From NCBI GenBank assembly GCA_963793425.1, contig CAWCAG010000007.1, forward strand, positions 1 through 64,000: DNA of 64,000 bases, given 5' to 3'. The notes under the pieces are model-generated. The model was not told where the DNA came from. It did no database searches and worked only from the letters and a program-made list of their open reading frames with translations. The translations under genes and the position numbers were made by a program. Positions 60,293 to 64,000 of the stretch are shown piece by piece; position 1 is the stretch's first letter; every line of letters starts with the position of its first letter. The DNA comes from an uncultured cyanobacterium (GTDB lineage: Bacteria; Cyanobacteriota; Cyanobacteriia; Cyanobacteriales; CAWCAG01).

Positions 60293-62047
60293 TCAGTATC
60301 TATCAAGGCGGTCAATACGTCTTAATAGGCGGAATAAAGCTAATCCTGCGGCTATTGCTGCTAACACAACAATAACAGCAAACCCTACTTTGCCGTTAAC
60401 CAAAAGGATAGTAGCAGACAAAGTAAAGGCACTAACTAATAAAGTATAGTTGGTTCCTAGCTGAATAGCACTTATTTTCCTTAAAACGCGGTCTGATTCT
60501 GTGGATCTAACTCTTACTCGAATGTCTCCCCTTTCTAGTTTGTTGAGGGTGTCTTCGATACGTCGTGGCAAACTTAATGCACTGGTACTCACTTTAGCTG
60601 CTTGCCGTCCGATTTCATTAAAGATGCCGTTGTCAAAATTACCGTTTTCATCACTCATAAGTCGCATTGCAAAGGGTTGGGCAACCTCCATAAAGTTAAA
60701 GTCTGGATCTAATCCCTTACCTACACCTTCTAGGGTAGAAAAGGCCCGCATGACAAAGGTAAAAGTCGCAGGAAAGCGGAAAGGTTGATCGTAGGCAATT
60801 TCGTAAAGGTCATCGCTGATAGCGCTTACAGACTGTTCTTCAAAAGGTTGGTCCATAAAGTTATCTAGCATATACTGAATCGAGCGCCGTACTGATCCCA
60901 TATCTCCTGTGGGAGATAAAGCACCAAGTTCTACCAGGGAAGTTACTACTCTATCAGAGTTTTTTTCTGCAATCCCGTATAGGGTTTGCATTAATTTTTC
61001 CCGAATATTTGTCTTGATTTGCCCCATCATACCGAAGTCATAAAAGATTAGAGATCCTTCCGGACTCACAGCCAGGTTACCGGGATGGGGGTCGGCATGG
61101 AAAAAACCATCGTTGAGTAGTTGTTGGAGGTAAGCTTTTGCCCCTAATCTGGCTAAAACTTTGCGGTCTAAACCTGCTGCTTCTAAGGCTTCGTAGTGAC
61201 TAATTTTAATGCCAGGAAGATATTCTAAAGTCAAAACCCTCAAAGAAGTGTAGCGCCAATAGACGCGAGGTACTTTGATCCAATCTTGAGTGCGGAAGTT
61301 ACGGCGAAAAGTATCAGCGTTACTTCCTTCGTTGAGATAATCAGTTTCTTGCCAAAGAATACGACAGCACTCTTCATAAATCCCTAGCCAATCTCGGCCT
61401 TTTCCCCAACGCGGATGATTTTGAAAATAAATAGAAATCCTTTTCAGGATGGCGAGATCGATGGTAAAAAGTTGTTTTAATCCTGGACGTTGAATTTTAA
61501 CAACGACTTCTTCTCCACTATGGAGTTTTGCTTTGTGAACCTGACCTAAACTAGCTGCTGCTAAGGGCAGAGGATCGAAACGAGCGAATAGTTTGGTGAC
61601 AGATTTACCTAAATCTTTTTCAACAATTGTTACTACTTGTTGATATTCAAAAGCAGGAACTTGATCCTGTAGTTTGCTTAATTGTTCTACATACTCAACA
61701 GGAAATAAGTCGGCGCGGGTGGAAAATAATTGACCTACTTTGATGAAAGTTGGCCCTAACTCTAACAAGCTTTCGCGAATCCAAGCAGCTTGCTTTTTAC
61801 GCCTTGCTAAGCGTTTTTCTTCTGTGTATCCCCCCACATAACTCCACTTTTTCCCATCACGCCAAAATTGAGATAAAAGCCGCAGGACAAAAGTCCAAAT
61901 GTCTAGCCGTCTTCGAGTGCGAGAGTAATTCTCCCGATTCCATTTATAAGTATTTTTTCCCTTCTCTAAAGGAGATAAATCTTTTGCGTCAACAGAGTCA
62001 GGGGAATATTGAATAGAAGTTTTGGAGTCTTGGGGAAAAGCAGACAC
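60293..62047 (-). CDS. AarF/ABC1/UbiB family kinase
   Basis: LGPTFIKVGQ, AAASLGQVH, VVKIQRP, FHADPHPGN, DFGM. Confidence 0.95.
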   Translation of the reverse strand: MSAFPQDSKTSIQYSPDSVDAKDLSPLEKGKNTYKWNRENYSRTRRRLDIWTFVLRLLSQFWRDGKKWSYVGGYTEEKRLARRKKQAAWIRESLLELGPTFIKVGQLFSTRADLFPVEYVEQLSKLQDQVPAFEYQQVVTIVEKDLGKSVTKLFARFDPLPLAAASLGQVHKAKLHSGEEVVVKIQRPGLKQLFTIDLAILKRISIYFQNHPRWGKGRDWLGIYEECCRILWQETDYLNEGSNADTFRRNFRTQDWIKVPRVYWRYTSLRVLTLEYLPGIKISHYEALEAAGLDRKVLARLGAKAYLQQLLNDGFFHADPHPGNLAVSPEGSLIFYDFGMMGQIKTNIREKLMQTLYGIAEKNSDRVVTSLVELGALSPTGDMGSVRRSIQYMLDNFMDQPFEEQSVSAISDDLYEIAYDQPFRFPATFTFVMRAFSTLEGVGKGLDPDFNFMEVAQPFAMRLMSDENGNFDNGIFNEIGRQAAKVSTSALSLPRRIEDTLNKLERGDIRVRVRSTESDRVLRKISAIQLGTNYTLLVSAFTLSATILLVNGKVGFAVIVVLAAIAAGLALFRLLRRIDRLDRY

Positions 62048-62116
62048 TCGATTTCCTAAAATCTAAATAAATTTTGCTCAAAAAATTGCTTTTTATTGCT
62101 CAGTTTACGACAACTG

Positions 62117-62443
62117 TCAAATTGATTTAGTCGTAACATAAAGCTTTAGCTCTGTTCGCATCCGAGCAATTTCTGCTCTGAGTTCGTCGATGGTTTGTTG
62201 CAAGTCAGCAGGGGAAGATTTAGTAGCAACAGTAGCAGTACTAGGTGTGGTATTTACTTCTCCTTGCGCTTGTTCAGCCTTCACCATAACTTTAGCTGTA
62301 AATTGCCGCAGATTTTCTCTTTGTTCAGCATCGAATTTGCCTAGTTCGCTCAAAGCATTGGTGAGAGTATCTTCTAGCTGTTCCCCTAAAACCTCAGCAA
62401 AAGCCCTACCCAGAAAAAAAGCATGAATGACAGGATTACTCAT
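62117..62443 (-). CDS. Conserved cyanobacterial protein upstream of the ABC1 kinase
   Basis: [26 protein letters not shown]. Confidence 0.85.
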   Translation of the reverse strand: MSNPVIHAFFLGRAFAEVLGEQLEDTLTNALSELGKFDAEQRENLRQFTAKVMVKAEQAQGEVNTTPSTATVATKSSPADLQQTIDELRAEIARMRTELKLYVTTKSI

Positions 62444-62517
62444 GAAAATAATTTATTTTATGTTTCGTTACAAATTATATCTTGCTTACTGGGTTACTGG
62501 GGTTTAATGGCATTATC

Positions 62518-62547
62518 TTGACAAAAGAAAGATATTCCCTATATAAT
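62518..62547 (+). promoter_or_regulatory. Sigma70-type promoter of tRNA-Gly
   Basis: TTGACA-N18-TATAAT. Confidence 0.65.
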
Positions 62548-62560
62548 GACAAGGCATTAT

Positions 62561-62632
62561 GCGGGTATAGCTCAGTGGTAGAGCGTCACCTTGCCAAGGT
62601 GAATGTCGCGCGTTCGAATCGCGTTACCCGCT
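62561..62632 (+). tRNA. trnG: tRNA-Gly(GCC)
   Basis: Acceptor GCGGGTA/TACCCGC, anticodon arm cacct-tGCCa-aggtg, GTTCGAATC. Confidence 0.97.
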
Positions 62633-62761
62633 TCTGACAGCTTAACAAAAAAACGTCAAAAAGTAGCAAGAACCACAGCTACCCGAAGCTTTGTAACCTT
62701 TTTAACAAAATCAGGAAAAAATAGCTCAAAAAAAAATTAAACCTGCATTTTATCAAACAGT

Positions 62762-63223
62762 TTGTCCATAATAGATTTAGGAAAATCTGAAAAATACCTC
62801 TTTTACGCTTCGCTTGTGCAACCTCGTAAAGCTCAGAAGATAGACTTAAGTACTGAGTACCCTTGCCCCTGTCGTCGCAAGGGTCATCTCCTACCAATTA
62901 CCCTAACAGACGCTTTTGGTTGTGATCGCTGTCAGCAAATTTTTGTTGTGGAAGAGAATGGTAAAGTTTTAGAACAATTATCAACAGGTTACCCCTCTAA
63001 ACGCTCTTGGCGCTGGACAGGCAACCGTTGGATTGATACTCGGACTAAGTTCAAGAAATTTTACATACCCCTGACCTTGGGATTGTTTACTATTGTTTTT
63101 TTGATGATAGTCTGGTGGTTACACACCCTACCTTGGGACATATTACTGAAAGTAGTTATTCTACCTCTAGCAGTATTACTGAGCTTATTTGCAGTAATAT
63201 TTTGGTTGGCTTATAGACGTTGA
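62762..63223 (+). CDS. Zn-ribbon membrane protein, hypothetical
   Basis: CPC..CDRC plus two C-terminal TM helices; start uncertain. Confidence 0.75.
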   Translation: MSIIDLGKSEKYLFYASLVQPRKAQKIDLSTEYPCPCRRKGHLLPITLTDAFGCDRCQQIFVVEENGKVLEQLSTGYPSKRSWRWTGNRWIDTRTKFKKFYIPLTLGLFTIVFLMIVWWLHTLPWDILLKVVILPLAVLLSLFAVIFWLAYRR

Positions 63224-63228
63224 AAAGA

Positions 63229-64000
63229 ATGGCGATTGATGACTATGACGCAGCCCAAGACCGAACTCTTGCTAGAGTTAAAAGTGCTTACCAAGCCTCT
63301 TTAAAACTAGCAACGACAAAAGGTGTGAAGCGTAGCTATGGAGTAGCTTGTATGGCCCAGGCCCTAGAAGAAGGGTTTGAGGAAATCCTTGAAGCTAATA
63401 CTCTTGATCTAGAAACTAGCCGAGAAATGGCAGTATCAGATATTATTATCGATTGGTTGAGGTTAACACCAGAAAGACTCCATAGTACCATTGACATTTT
63501 GCACAGCTTAGAAGCATTGCCAGACCCTCTGCAAAAGTTAAGGAATGCTCCTTATCAACTAGAGCCTTTTCAAAACTATTGCCAACCGATGCCTTTAGGA
63601 ACTATTGCTTTTGTTTATGAAGCATTTCCTGAATTGGGTGCTATTGCCGCAGGGATGTCTGTTAAAACTGGTAATAGTTTGATTTTGCGTGGTAGCAGTG
63701 AAGCTAGCTATTCTAATGCTGCGATCGCTAAAGCTTTGTTTCTCGCTATAGAAGAGGCTGACTTGCCAACAGGTAGCTTAGAGATTCTTGCTGCGGACAG
63801 GGGGGCTTCTATTTCTGATTTGGTAGAGCTAGATCAATATATTAATTTAATCATTCCTTATGGGCGTTTTAGTTTGGTACAGCAAGTTACCCAGCTAGCT
63901 ACCATGCCAGTTTTACAGTCTGCAATGGGTAATTGTTATCTCTACTGGTCTTTGAATAGTGAAGTAGAGATAGTTCGTAAGATTATCATTGATAGTCATG
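63229..64000 (+). CDS. proA: Gamma-glutamyl phosphate reductase-like protein (partial)
   Basis: ILEANTLDL, PMPLGTIAFVYEAFP, KTGNSLILRGSSEA, LIIPYG; open to the window end. Confidence 0.85.
   Translation, partial: MAIDDYDAAQDRTLARVKSAYQASLKLATTKGVKRSYGVACMAQALEEGFEEILEANTLDLETSREMAVSDIIIDWLRLTPERLHSTIDILHSLEALPDPLQKLRNAPYQLEPFQNYCQPMPLGTIAFVYEAFPELGAIAAGMSVKTGNSLILRGSSEASYSNAAIAKALFLAIEEADLPTGSLEILAADRGASISDLVELDQYINLIIPYGRFSLVQQVTQLATMPVLQSAMGNCYLYWSLNSEVEIVRKIIIDSH

Noticed and set aside
3747..62897. Short antisense or nested ORFs (e.g. 3747..4199, 20261..20623, 28181..28657, 44298..44597, 60501..60788)
   Set aside because: They overlap well-supported genes and have no recognisable motifs; shadow ORFs.

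Overview
Cyanobacterial chromosomal segment: frequent HIP1 octamers (GCGATCGC), STRR-type short tandem repeats, ldpA, ycf37, isiD. Housekeeping genes are pyk, rpmI-rplT, clpB, leuC, rpsB-tsf, GH57, avtA, a PP2C, an ABC1 kinase, proA-like, tRNA-Asp and tRNA-Gly. Accessory blocks: (1) two tandem internalin-type LRR genes made of near-identical 66-bp units that vary almost only at ligand-facing codons (1-2.9 kb); (2) a mosaic island of toxin-antitoxin pairs and gene fragments with HIP1-bounded repeats, ending in a 5'-truncated kinase/FGE-CLec gene of the DGR-target type (10.9-18 kb); (3) a BLUF photoactivated adenylyl cyclase (26.2-27.3 kb); (4) a contractile injection system (CIS) core with a sheath, three tube paralogs, two Pvc16-like genes, two chaperone-like genes (one with a candidate programmed -1 frameshift), an embedded two-component pair and a convergent lysozyme (38.4-47.8 kb); (5) a DUF4157 protein with a Tlde1-like toxin tip, followed by a WG-repeat lipoprotein, a ComQ-like prenyltransferase and a methyltransferase-like gene (54.2-59.1 kb). 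Several 1-nt indels, including one in leuC, suggest residual assembly errors, so pseudogene calls are provisional. Family names come from motif recognition, not database searches.
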